Assembly: GCA_965242925.1 (NCBI GenBank)
Contig: CBDEUM010000014.1
Coordinates: 192,001-256,000, forward strand
Origin: Roseibacillus sp.
Lineage (GTDB): Bacteria > Verrucomicrobiota > Verrucomicrobiia > Verrucomicrobiales > Akkermansiaceae
Direction of reading: 5' to 3'
DNA length: 64,000 nt
Part shown: positions 29,004 through 38,023 of the stretch, in pieces
Numbering within the stretch: the stretch's first letter is position 1
How the letters are laid out: each line of letters begins with the position of its first letter
The notes under the pieces: generated by a model
The model's database searches: none
Told to the model about the DNA's origin: nothing
What the model saw: only the letters and a program-made list of their open reading frames with translations
Translations under genes and position numbers: made by a program

Positions 29004-30915
29004 ATGCGAATGTTCCTCGCCCTCCTCGCCGCCTGCCTCGGATTCACCATCGCTGCCCCGGCCAGGTTGCCCAATATCGTCTACATCATGTCCGATGAGC
29101 TCGCCTACTACGAGCTCGAGCACATGGGAAACCCCTACCTCAAGACCCCGCGAATTGATGGCATGGCGAAGGATGGCATCCGTTTCACCCACGCCTTTGC
29201 CGCCGCCCCGGTCTGCGCACCCCTGCGCTGCAACCTGATGACCGGCAAACATGCCGGTCATGCCTCGGTCCGTGCCAACGACGGCGGCACGCCCCTGCGC
29301 GCCGACGAAGCCACCATCGCTTCCCTGCTCAAGGAAAAAGGCTACGCCACCGGAGGGTTCGGAAAGTGGGGTGCCGGTGGACGGGACTCCACCGGTGTGC
29401 CGGAAAAACACGGGTTCGACCTATTCTTCGGTTACTACGACCAGGTCCACGCCCACTCCTTCTATCCACCCTATCTCATCCGCAACAGCGAGGAAGTGAA
29501 GCTGCCAGGCAACGAGGGCGGACGGACGGGCCAGACCTACTCCCACTACGCCATCATGGAGGAAGGCCTGAAGTTCATCCGCACAAACAAGGAGAACCCC
29601 TTCTTTTGTTACCTCCCCATCACCCCGCCCCACGGCATGTACGACATCCCCCGAGACGATCCGGCCTGGAAACAGTATAAGAACGAAGACTGGATCAGGG
29701 ATGAGAAGATCCCGCAGGACGTGAAGAACTACGCCGCCATGGTCACCATGGTGGACAACAACGTCGGACAGGTCCTCGACCTCCTTGAGGAACTCAAGCT
29801 CACCGACAACACCATTGTCTTCTTTACCGGCGACAATGGCGGCCAGGACCGCTTTCGTTCCGGCGACCATCCCCGGGGATTCTTCAGTCCCAACAAGGAC
29901 CCCGAAACGGGAGTTGAATTCCGGGGCGGCAAGGGAAACCTCTACGAGGGGGGCCTCCGTATTCCCTTTCTTGCACAATGGCCCGGCAGGATCAGAGGCG
30001 GGCAGGTGAGCCCTCTCATGTTCGCCCAGTACGACATCCTCGCCACCCTCACCGGGCTCGCAGGGGCCCGCACACCCAAGGACACCGATGGCATCTCAAT
30101 CCTGCCCACCCTCCTCGGGGAGGAGGCCGCGGGACACAAACAGGCAACCCATCCTCACTTCTACTGGGAGTTCGGCAACATGCAGGCCGTCCGTATCAAC
30201 AACTGGAAAGGCTTGCATATCCGCAACAAGAAGAGCTGGGAGCTTTACGACCTGAAGGAAGACATCAGCGAAACCACCAACCTCGCCAGCAAACACCCCG
30301 AAGTCATCGCCCGGATGAAGAGGATCATTGCCGAGAGCCACGAACCCGCCCGCCCCGGCAGCTACACCACGCGGGAGCGACACGAGCGGGACCGCTGGGC
30401 CAAGTGGGCAACCTCGCGCCCCCAGCCCTCGCCCCGCGTCGCCCGCATGAAGCGCATCAAGGACAGGAACCTCGTTCCCTTCGAGAAGATGAAACTGGTA
30501 AGTTTCAGCAGCGAGAACCCGTCCAATAACCGCAAGGCGATCTTTGCCATCGATGGTCGACCTGACACCGTCTGGCACTCCAACTGGTCGGATGGCCTGA
30601 GAAAGCATCCCCACGAACTGGTCATCGATCTTGGCGCCATCTACAGCATCTCCGGCTTCCGTTACCTCGCCCGGCAGGACGGAGGCTGGAATGGAGCCTT
30701 CGCCAAAACGGAGTTCTACGTGGGCAATTCCCCGGACTGAGTTTCCTTCCTGCGCTGCCAAGGCCACCTTTACCAAAGACAGGAAGGCGCAGTCCGCCAC
30801 CTGCGGGAAACCCGTCCGGGGGCGCTACGTCAAGGTCCGCGTCCTCTCCGAAGTCAATGGAGAAGCCTGGGGCTCCGCGGCCGATATCGGGGTAATCGGG
30901 AAGCCCGCAAAATAA
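29004..30915 (+). CDS. Arylsulfatase with C-terminal F5/8 type C domain; apparent +1 frameshift near 30735
   Basis: PNIVYIMSDE, CAPLR, GFGKW, GKGNLYEGGLR. The F5/8 domain stops at TGA 30738-30740, and its remainder (RGRYVKVRVLSEVNGEAWGSAADI) is in the next frame, ending at 30915. Confidence 0.9.
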
Positions 30916-30925
30916 CCTCGCCCGG

Positions 30926-32167
30926 TCAACACTCCTCCAGCGCTGCGTAGTCAACCGGCCGGTGGCAGTCGAGGGCCGCGGTGACAGGCGGCATCTCGTA
31001 TTTCAGCCCGGTTGCACAGTTGAACAGCACCACTGAGTCCTCGACGCCAACCCGCCCGGCCGCCAGTTCCTTCTTGTAGGCGGCATAGGTGGCCGCGCCC
31101 TCCGGGCAGAGAAGAATTCCCTCCAGATCGGCCATCTCAGCCCAGGCCTCTTCGATTGCGTCGTCGTCGACCGCGGTTGCCAAGCCATTGGTGGAGCGTA
31201 CGCCCCGCAGAATGAGGAAGTCTCCCACCGCGGTCGGCACCCGGATGCCTGCCGCCATGGTGTGAGCGTTTTCCCACGCCTCGGCATGCTCCGCACCTTC
31301 CTCCCAGGCCCTCACGATGGGGGCACATCCGCTGGCCTGCACCGCCACCATGCGCGGCCGTTTCGAGCCGATCCACCCCATCGCTTCCAGTTCATCGAAG
31401 GCCTTCACCATTCCGATCAGGCCCGTCCCCCCCCCGGTGGGATAGAAGATAACATCCGGCAGCTGCCAATCGAACTGTTCCGCCAACTCAAGTCCCATCG
31501 TTTTCTTACCCTCGATGCGATAGGGTTCCTTCAGAGTGGAGACGTCAAACCAGCCCATGGTCTCCACGCCCTCACGCACGATCCTGCCGCAATCGTGGAT
31601 CAATCCGTTGACCCGCCATACGCGCGCGCCCTGCATCGCAATCTCACGCAGGTTGGTCTCCGGGGTATCCTCGGGACAAAAGACAAAGATCTCCATGCCG
31701 GCCCGTCGTCCGTAGGCTGCCATCGCCGCGCCGGCATTCCCGTTGGTCGGGATGGCCAACTTGGCGAGGCCCAGTTCCTTCGCCATCGAAACCGCCAGGG
31801 CCAACCCGCGCGCCTTGAAGGATCCGGTCGGCAAGCGCCCTTCGTCCTTCACCACCACCGGGCCACCACCCAGTAGCGCCTGCACCCGGGGCACCGGTTG
31901 CAGGGGCGTGGTCACTTCCCCCAGCGTCACAATGTTCCGCGCCTGCCTGACAGGCAGAAACTCACGGTAGCGCCAGAAGTCCGCAGGTCGCCTCCGCAAG
32001 TCCTCCCTGCTGAGCGAGTTTGCCAGACCCTCCAGATCGTAGCGGACCAGGAGAGGGCGCCCCTCTCGTGACAAGCCCTGCAGCACATCTGCTTCATAAC
32101 GCTCGCCAGTCATCGAGCACTCGAGATGAGTCACGAAGGTCGGCCTTTCCGCAGTAATATTGTCCAT
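30926..32167 (-). CDS. thrC: Threonine synthase (fold-type II PLP enzyme)
   Basis: THLECS, FWRYREFLP, LGEVTTPL, KDEGRLPTGSFKARG, PTNGNAG, PYRIEGKKTMG, PTGGGTG, CPEGAA. Start MDNITAE at 32167 (or 32176). Confidence 0.88.
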   Translation of the reverse strand: MDNITAERPTFVTHLECSMTGERYEADVLQGLSREGRPLLVRYDLEGLANSLSREDLRRRPADFWRYREFLPVRQARNIVTLGEVTTPLQPVPRVQALLGGGPVVVKDEGRLPTGSFKARGLALAVSMAKELGLAKLAIPTNGNAGAAMAAYGRRAGMEIFVFCPEDTPETNLREIAMQGARVWRVNGLIHDCGRIVREGVETMGWFDVSTLKEPYRIEGKKTMGLELAEQFDWQLPDVIFYPTGGGTGLIGMVKAFDELEAMGWIGSKRPRMVAVQASGCAPIVRAWEEGAEHAEAWENAHTMAAGIRVPTAVGDFLILRGVRSTNGLATAVDDDAIEEAWAEMADLEGILLCPEGAATYAAYKKELAAGRVGVEDSVVLFNCATGLKYEMPPVTAALDCHRPVDYAALEEC

Positions 32168-32275
32168 CCCGGCCATTCTCTTCCGCTCCTCTGTCCGGCA
32201 AAGCCGAAAGCCCCGTTTCTCGACTTTTCCTTGACCCCGGCCTCCTCCGCGGCACGTTCTCTTGGCCCTGAAACC

Positions 32276-33709
32276 ATGTTCACCCCCCGTTCGACATCCC
32301 GGCTCTCCTGGAACCTGCTGGCGATTGTCCTGACCCTTTCCCTCGGCGGGCCAGTGAACGCCCAGCTTATTCAAATCCGGGGCAACGACCGGGTCATCAG
32401 CAATGGAGACACCACCCCCAGCGGTGACGATCACACCTCCTTTGGCCAGGTTCTTGCCGACTCCGGACCCGTTGACCGCGAGTTCACCATCCGCAACCTC
32501 AGCAGCACACCGCTGCAGATCCTCTTCTTCCAACGCACCGGGCAACACCCCGGCAATTTCACAGTGATCGACCCCCCCGACCTGACCATTCCAGGGAACG
32601 GGAATTCCTCCATGACAATCCGTTTCCTGCCACCCGCCGCAAGCGGACTGCGCACTGCCACCATTCGCCTCGTAAGCTCCTCCGTCGTAAACGGCGACTT
32701 CCGGTTCGACGTCGCGGGCGAACTGATTTTCCCCTCCCCCAACATCGTGATCTCCGGCAACGGAGTCGTGATTCCGGACGGATTTTCCTCTCCCGTCGTG
32801 GGAAACAACACGAATTTCGAAACCCTCGACCTCGACGGCAACCCCCTCACCCGCACCTTCATCATAAGCAACACCGGAGAGCAGGACCTCCGCATCCGTA
32901 GCGTCGACGTGGTCGGGATCAACAGTGACCAGTTCTCCATCAGCAGGAACCCCGACACTTTTATCGGACCGGACAGCGAGAGCACCTTCGAGGTTACCTT
33001 CAATCCGACCCGGGAAGGGGCGCACCGGGTCACCGTGCAGATCAACAGTAACGACCCCACCCCGACCGAAAGGATCTACAGCTTCTCCTTGCGTGGCACG
33101 GGACAATCCCTCAGTCCCCGACTCGTTCTCAGCGGAAACGGAATCGATATCACTCCCGACGATGAGACTCCCGGACCGGAGGATCACACCCGGTTCCCCG
33201 ATACCGATCTGCTGTCCGCCTCGACCCGCACCTTCACCGTGCGCAACCCAGGCAACGGCCCGCTCCTGATTGACGCCGTTGAATTCCTTGGTTCCCATGC
33301 GGCCGAGTTCACCGTGACGCAGCCCCCCTCCTCCCCGCTTGAACCGGAAACGGTGTCCAGCCTTCAGATCACTTTTCGACCCATGGTGCAGGGACCCCGG
33401 ACCGCCACTCTGCGCATCACAAGCAACGACCCCGCTCAACCCGTCTACGAAGTCGACCTGGAAGGCATCGGGGGACGCTTCAAGCTCCTTGGAATCGAGC
33501 GGGACGACAACGACGCCCTCATCAATTTCAGCACCACCTCCTCCCCGGGAACATACATCTACCGCATCTTCCACTCCACCGACATGGAGGAATGGGAATC
33601 CGTCGGATCGATTTTCTCCAATGGCAGGGAGACCCTGCAATTCCGCCACCGTAACAGCACCGGAAGCGCCAAGGCGTTCTGGTATGTGGAAGAATCGCGC
33701 TTCGAGTAG
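32276..33709 (+). CDS. Secreted protein with three choice-of-anchor D (ASH/HYDIN Ig-like) repeats
   Basis: Signal peptide; three units of I.GN...I..GD.TP...DHT.F...RTFTI.N.G...L...F.P...G.RTA...I.SND; C-terminal STDMEEW...FW tail. Confidence 0.85.
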   Translation: MFTPRSTSRLSWNLLAIVLTLSLGGPVNAQLIQIRGNDRVISNGDTTPSGDDHTSFGQVLADSGPVDREFTIRNLSSTPLQILFFQRTGQHPGNFTVIDPPDLTIPGNGNSSMTIRFLPPAASGLRTATIRLVSSSVVNGDFRFDVAGELIFPSPNIVISGNGVVIPDGFSSPVVGNNTNFETLDLDGNPLTRTFIISNTGEQDLRIRSVDVVGINSDQFSISRNPDTFIGPDSESTFEVTFNPTREGAHRVTVQINSNDPTPTERIYSFSLRGTGQSLSPRLVLSGNGIDITPDDETPGPEDHTRFPDTDLLSASTRTFTVRNPGNGPLLIDAVEFLGSHAAEFTVTQPPSSPLEPETVSSLQITFRPMVQGPRTATLRITSNDPAQPVYEVDLEGIGGRFKLLGIERDDNDALINFSTTSSPGTYIYRIFHSTDMEEWESVGSIFSNGRETLQFRHRNSTGSAKAFWYVEESRFE

Positions 33710-33712
33710 TCA

Positions 33713-34495
33713 TCACCCTTCCGGTCCGATCAAGTCGACCACGCCCTCCAGGAAACGGATGTGGCACTGCACGCGCCGGTAAAGCGAGTATTCCGAGGGG
33801 GTCTCGAAGGTCAGCGCGCTACGAGCACCGTTGAGAAACAGGTGGATCGACTCCGGCATCCCTCCGAGCTCCCTCACGATCTTCATCAGACCGCGGGTGC
33901 GCCGCATCACTCCGCTCTTCGGAATCATTCCCTCCACTCGTCCCCGGTGGCGGGGGATGATCTCCTCCACCCGTTCAAGCAGATCCTCCCCCAGACTCTT
34001 TCCCTGGCGGACTAATTCGTAGACGTAGGTCCCGTTGGCATCGAAATCCTCATGGAGACTGACCGCGACTGCGAAATCCCGCTCCGAGATGAAATCGAGA
34101 ATGGCCCCGATGATCGGGATCCCGGGACAATCGAAAGAGCGGTTCAAGTCCCTTCCCTCGGCGTCTTCCCGCCTGTTGTTGCTCAACCCCCACGGATTGA
34201 GGCAGGGGAAGATGACCACCGGTCGCTCACGCAGCGATTGCAGGTTGTTTTCCGCCCATTGCAGGAGCCCCTGCACCGCTGCAGGCTCATCACCGTGAAT
34301 TCCCGCACTCAGGTAGAGTCCGTTGCCCTGGACGGGGTGACGGTTGCGCAACCCGATGACGGGATCGCCCCCTCCTCCCAGTAGTCTGACAATCTGGAGA
34401 TCCGCTTTCCGGGCAACCGAGCGCCAGCTCCTCAGAAGTTGGCCCGCATCATGACTGCGGTGAGCGGCAAGGTAGGCACGTTCATCGGAATCCAC
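33713..34495 (-). CDS. M14-family metallocarboxypeptidase / AstE-like
   Basis: SAGIHGDEPA, LNPWG, DLNR, SLHED, FETPS. Start uncertain (GTG 34495 chosen). Confidence 0.85.
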   Translation of the reverse strand: MDSDERAYLAAHRSHDAGQLLRSWRSVARKADLQIVRLLGGGGDPVIGLRNRHPVQGNGLYLSAGIHGDEPAAVQGLLQWAENNLQSLRERPVVIFPCLNPWGLSNNRREDAEGRDLNRSFDCPGIPIIGAILDFISERDFAVAVSLHEDFDANGTYVYELVRQGKSLGEDLLERVEEIIPRHRGRVEGMIPKSGVMRRTRGLMKIVRELGGMPESIHLFLNGARSALTFETPSEYSLYRRVQCHIRFLEGVVDLIGPEG

Positions 34496-34603
34496 ATTCC
34501 TCGCTTCGCACAAGGCGACAACAACGTCGATCCCTATGGCAGGAAAAAGCGCCTCGCCGCGTAGCGGTGCAGCAATTATAAATCCGGCTCTACTCGCCCC
34601 ATC

Positions 34604-36880
34604 ATGATCATCACCCAACCAGCCTTCCTCTTCTCCCTGGTCACAGCCTTCCTTCTCCTCTCAGGTAGCCACCTGCTTCAGGCTCAGAAAAACAAGATCC
34701 AGGAGGAGAAGAAGCCGTGGTGGGATGCCCCCCAGCCGCGCTTCTCGAGATCGGAACTCGGCGACGTCTTCACCGGGACAATCGACATGCGGGGGGACGC
34801 AAAGGTCAGGGATCGCACCATCTACAAGGCAATCGCAGTCCGGCTAGGGGAGGGTGGCAAGGCAGGCACGGTCCTCTTTGACACCGAGATGATGCGCATG
34901 GCCTGCGCCGTTCCCGATAAACCGGTCATGTTCAATACCTACCGCGACGGACTGGGCGGAGCCGGGCACTGGATTGGTTCGCCCTATCTCTTCACTACCG
35001 AAAGTGGACCGGCCTGGGCCGATGAAGGCGGGAACTTCCAGGATGTGCGCAAGGGGAAGAAGGCTGGTCCGTTGCCCCGGGCATGGGCTCAATATCGCGG
35101 ACTCTACCGACATGACGAACGGGTGGTTTTTTCCTACCGCATCAATGGGACGGGCATCCTCGACATGCCCTGGATCGAGGAAATCGATGGAATCAGGCTC
35201 TTCACCCGGACCCTGGAAGTGGAGCCCTCCAAGGTCATGCTCGTCCTGCGACTCTGCCAGAACCGGACCACCCCGGGTTCCCTCACCACCGTGCTCCCCT
35301 GCCGCGGGACCAGCCCCGCCGTGGAAGTAGCCGAAAAGGACGGTCACTGGCACCTCGGGATTAAACCCCGCAAGGAAACCATCCGTCTCAAGCTGGTGAT
35401 TGGATCCATCCCTCTCGACCAGTCCGGGAAAATCGCAGCCACCGTCAAGAAAGTGGCTCCGGCTGAGGATCTCTCGCGTTCCACCGGGGGTGGACCACCC
35501 CGGCATCCCAAGACCCTGGTAACCCGGGGATCGGTCGGCCAGGAGAAGGGTCCCTACGTTCTCGATACCATCACTCCGCCTTTCGAAAACCCGGACAAGA
35601 TTCTCTTTCGATTTGGGGGACACGACTTTTTCTCCAACGGTGACATCGCGACCTGCACCATCGACGGGGATGTATGGCGCGTATCGGGCATTGATGACAA
35701 ACTTCTCAAGGTTGAATGGCGCCGCTACGCCACCGGCCTCTTCCAGCCGCTCGGACTCAAGGTGGTCGAGGACAAGGTCTACGTTCTCGGACGCGACCAG
35801 ATCACCCGCCTCCACGATCTCAACAAGGACGGTGAAGCAGACTTTTACGAGTGTTTCAACAACGAGTGCCGCATCGGGAAACACGTGCACGAGTACGCCA
35901 CCGGCCTCGAGACCGATCCCTCGGGAAACTTCTATTTCGTGAAGGGGCATGGTGCCAACAACGAGCACGCAGGCACCCTGCTCAAGGTCTCACGGGACGG
36001 ATCGCAGATCGAGGTGGTAGCCACTGGATTCCGCTGGCCCAACGGGTCCGGCGCAGGACCGAACGGAGAGCTCACGGTGGCCGATCAGCAGGGCACATGG
36101 GTCCCCTCCTCGCGCTTGGACCTGGTCAGGAAGGACGGATTCTACGGCTTCATGAACGCTCATCACCGGGCGGAGAAACCCACCACCTACGATGGCCCTC
36201 TCTGCTGGATCCCCCACAAGGTGGACAATTCCTGCGGAGGGCAGACCTGGAATACCTCCAGCAAGTGGGGGCCCTTCAAGGGCCACATGGTCCATTGTTC
36301 CTATGGAAAGTGCACCCTCTTCCTGGTCCTCCAGGAAAATGTCGGGGGCGTGGACCAGGCCGGCCTCTATCAGTTTCCCTTCAAGTTCCAGTCAGGGGGA
36401 ATGCGGGCCCGTTTCAGCCCTCACGACGGTCAACTCTACGTGAGTGGACTGAAAGGCTGGCAGACCAGCGGAGCCAAGGATGGATGCCTGCAGCGCGTGC
36501 GCTACACCGGTGCCGCCGTGGCCATGCCCAAAAGCCTGAACATTCACAAGAATGGGATCCGGATTGGTTTCACGCAGAAAGTCGACAGGGAACTGGCCGA
36601 GGACCTCGACAGCTGGCAGCTCGAGCAGTGGAACTACCGATGGACCAGTAAGTATGGCTCCAAGGAATACAAGGTCTCCAATCCCGACCAAGTCGGACAC
36701 GATAAGGTTGAAGTCACCTCCGCCAAACTGCTGCCCAACGGCACGGAGGTCTATCTTGAGATTCCCAACCTCGCACCCGTCATGCAGATGAAGATTCGCT
36801 TTGATCTCGAAACCACTGACGGGGAGGAAATGATTGGAGACCTGCACAATACCATCCACGTCTTGGGACCCGCATTGTAG
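34604..36880 (+). CDS. Secreted DUF6797-like + sugar-dehydrogenase-like beta-propeller protein
   Basis: Signal peptide; YRGLYRH..RVVFSY; GDVWRVSG; ATGLFQPLGL; DLNKDGEADFYE; ATGFRWPNG; DQQGTWVP. Confidence 0.8.
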   Translation: MIITQPAFLFSLVTAFLLLSGSHLLQAQKNKIQEEKKPWWDAPQPRFSRSELGDVFTGTIDMRGDAKVRDRTIYKAIAVRLGEGGKAGTVLFDTEMMRMACAVPDKPVMFNTYRDGLGGAGHWIGSPYLFTTESGPAWADEGGNFQDVRKGKKAGPLPRAWAQYRGLYRHDERVVFSYRINGTGILDMPWIEEIDGIRLFTRTLEVEPSKVMLVLRLCQNRTTPGSLTTVLPCRGTSPAVEVAEKDGHWHLGIKPRKETIRLKLVIGSIPLDQSGKIAATVKKVAPAEDLSRSTGGGPPRHPKTLVTRGSVGQEKGPYVLDTITPPFENPDKILFRFGGHDFFSNGDIATCTIDGDVWRVSGIDDKLLKVEWRRYATGLFQPLGLKVVEDKVYVLGRDQITRLHDLNKDGEADFYECFNNECRIGKHVHEYATGLETDPSGNFYFVKGHGANNEHAGTLLKVSRDGSQIEVVATGFRWPNGSGAGPNGELTVADQQGTWVPSSRLDLVRKDGFYGFMNAHHRAEKPTTYDGPLCWIPHKVDNSCGGQTWNTSSKWGPFKGHMVHCSYGKCTLFLVLQENVGGVDQAGLYQFPFKFQSGGMRARFSPHDGQLYVSGLKGWQTSGAKDGCLQRVRYTGAAVAMPKSLNIHKNGIRIGFTQKVDRELAEDLDSWQLEQWNYRWTSKYGSKEYKVSNPDQVGHDKVEVTSAKLLPNGTEVYLEIPNLAPVMQMKIRFDLETTDGEEMIGDLHNTIHVLGPAL

Positions 36881-36898
36881 GGCTGCGCCTCGCCTGCC

Positions 36899-37909
36899 CT
36901 ACAATACTTCCGCGATCACCTCCACGGCCCGGTCCACGTCCTCCGCGGACACATCGAGGTGGGTAACCAACCTCATCGGATTCCCGGGATACACCAGGAT
37001 CCTCCGCTTGCGCAAGGAATTGACAATCCTCTCCACCGCGATCTCCGGAAACCTGGCATACACCATGTTGGTCTGCACCTGATCCGGATCGGCCTGGCAG
37101 CCCTCGATATCCACCAGTCCCTCAGCCAGACGTTGCGCGTTGGCATGATCATCGGCCAAACGTTCCACATGATGCTCCAGGACATAGATTCCCGCTGCCG
37201 CCAGCAGACCCGATTGCCGCATCCCTCCGCCCACCACCTTGCGCCAGCGCCGGGCCTCGGTGATAAAATCAGCTGACCCCGTAAGCACGGAGCCCACCGG
37301 GGCACCCAGCCCCTTGGAGAGGCAAATCGAAACACTGTCAAAGGGTGCCGCCAGTTCGGCGGCCGGACGGCCGGACTTGACCGCTGCGTTGAAGAGCCGG
37401 GCCCCATCCAGGTGCAGACACAGGCCGTGCCTGTCCACCAATGCGCGCGCGTCCTCCTCATGCCCTGCCGGCAGGACCCGCCCATTGGTGGTGTTCTCCA
37501 AGCACAACAACCGCGTGCGGGCGAAGTGATAGTCATCCGGCTTGATGAGGCGCTCCACTTTCTCGAGATCGAGCCTGCCATCTTCCTCCAGATCGAGGGG
37601 TTGCGGTTGAATCCCGCCCAAGGCGGCTGCGCCACCTCCCTCGTAAATGTAGGTGTGGGCTTGCTGTCCCACGATATACTCGTCTCCCCGGCCACAATGA
37701 GTGAGCAAGGCGCAAAGATTGCTCTGTGTTCCGCTCGAGACAAAGAGCCCCGCTTCCTTGCCCAGCATCCCGGCAGCCAGTTCCTCCAGCCGATCCACGG
37801 TGGGATCGTCCCGGAAGACATCGTCTCCCACCTCGGCCTCCGCCATCACGCGCCGCATCTCCGGTCCCGGCCGGGTCACCGTGTCACTTCGCAGGTCGAT
37901 CACGCTCAT
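36899..37909 (-). CDS. ltaE: Low-specificity L-threonine aldolase
   Basis: [59 protein letters not shown]. Confidence 0.96.
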   Translation of the reverse strand: MSVIDLRSDTVTRPGPEMRRVMAEAEVGDDVFRDDPTVDRLEELAAGMLGKEAGLFVSSGTQSNLCALLTHCGRGDEYIVGQQAHTYIYEGGGAAALGGIQPQPLDLEEDGRLDLEKVERLIKPDDYHFARTRLLCLENTTNGRVLPAGHEEDARALVDRHGLCLHLDGARLFNAAVKSGRPAAELAAPFDSVSICLSKGLGAPVGSVLTGSADFITEARRWRKVVGGGMRQSGLLAAAGIYVLEHHVERLADDHANAQRLAEGLVDIEGCQADPDQVQTNMVYARFPEIAVERIVNSLRKRRILVYPGNPMRLVTHLDVSAEDVDRAVEVIAEVL

Positions 37910-38023
37910 GATGCCGAGTGCTTAGAGAGAAGGGAACGCAAGCACAAGCTTCACCCCACAGACCCGCGTTCCGGGGATTGCCTCCAGCGCCGTTCCTGCC
38001 TAAAGAAAGCCCTGCCTGTCGAG

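Noticed and set aside
30738..30740. TGA as a second selenocysteine site
   Set aside because: The domain continues in a different frame and the position is not a Cys site; a frameshift explains it.
30926..33649. 907-aa ORF suggesting a giant threonine synthase fusion
   Set aside because: The N-terminal ~490 aa are the antisense shadow of the Ig-repeat gene; ThrC homology starts near 32167.
37412..38023. N-terminal extension of the cytochrome/DUF1553 ORF
   Set aside because: Overlaps ltaE on the opposite strand; the signal peptide begins at 38024.
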